DNA of 64,000 bases. Source: Halobacteriovoraceae bacterium (GTDB lineage: Bacteria > Bdellovibrionota > Bacteriovoracia > Bacteriovoracales > Bacteriovoracaceae). Below, one piece after another: positions 63,723-64,000 of the stretch; position 1 is the first letter of the stretch; each line of letters begins with the position of its first letter. The stretch is taken from contig CAVRCF010000004.1 in assembly GCA_963719505.1 (NCBI GenBank), forward strand, positions 1 through 64,000, written 5' to 3'. A program made the position numbers and the translations under genes. Below the pieces are notes generated by a model. It made no database searches. It had not been told where the DNA came from and saw only the letters and a program-made list of their open reading frames with translations.

Positions 63723-64000
63723 ATGACCGATTATCTAAAGTTACTTATACGAAAGATTGATGAAGATCAGGTCCTCACAGGAGCTGCGGCTTTAGCTTTT
63801 TATTTCTCACTCGCTGTATTTCCAGCCCTAATGACTATTATTGCTATCATTCCATATCTTCCTATAGAAAACCTTCAAGAGGGTCTCAATGCTATCATAA
63901 TGAGTAATTTACCGGATGAAGCTTCTAGCCTCGTGGTTTCTATTACTGCAGAGGTGGTTGAAGTGAAGAGACCAGGGGTACTATCTACTGGATTTGTCTT
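63723..64000 (+). CDS. YihY/virulence factor BrkB family membrane protein (partial, runs off window)
   Basis: Hand translation MTDYLKLLIRKIDEDQVLTGAAALAFYFSLAVFPALMTIIAIIPYL... Confidence 0.88.
   Translation, partial: MTDYLKLLIRKIDEDQVLTGAAALAFYFSLAVFPALMTIIAIIPYLPIENLQEGLNAIIMSNLPDEASSLVVSITAEVVEVKRPGVLSTGFV

Noticed and set aside
1-64000. CRISPR arrays, tRNA/rRNA, IS elements, prophage or defence systems
   Set aside because: No periodic direct repeats, RNA gene signatures, transposase/integrase or recognisable defence domains were seen by eye.

Overview
AT-rich bacterial chromosomal DNA. The gene style suggests Bdellovibrionota/Bacteriovoracaceae, but this is inference only. Bases 1-22048 are a reverse-complement mirror of 22058-44485, folded at a 9-nt loop (22049-22057) inside a gene. 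The left arm is full of small indels and carries one ~270-bp deletion, so it is most likely a noisy fold-back read or amplification chimera. Its distal ~4.8 kb nevertheless differs from the right arm mainly at synonymous sites (about 80% identity at the window edge), which points to a second real haplotype. The intact part (22058-64000) encodes a PAS hybrid histidine kinase, RluA, RimB/RimK, an ECF sigma/Spy module, DUF3050, MltB-CarD-LysR, two MscS channels, a Ser/Thr kinase plus PP2C pair, CoaD, an AstE-like hydrolase and TamA/TamB. It also holds a dense general-stress cluster (Hsp20, hemerythrin, DUF2254, DUF2959, YqaE, SSADH, PA2778/PA2779, PfpI, AarF, non-heme haloperoxidase, YihY). The best biological candidates are: (i) an 18-bp palindrome TGTGTA-N6-TWMACA recurring in 7-8 promoter regions of the stress genes; (ii) an atypical pseudo-receiver OmpR regulator flanked by two paralogous unknown helical proteins; (iii) a ~1260-aa signal-peptide-bearing atypical kinase-like protein split by two single-base frameshifts. 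No rRNA, tRNA, CRISPR or IS elements were seen.
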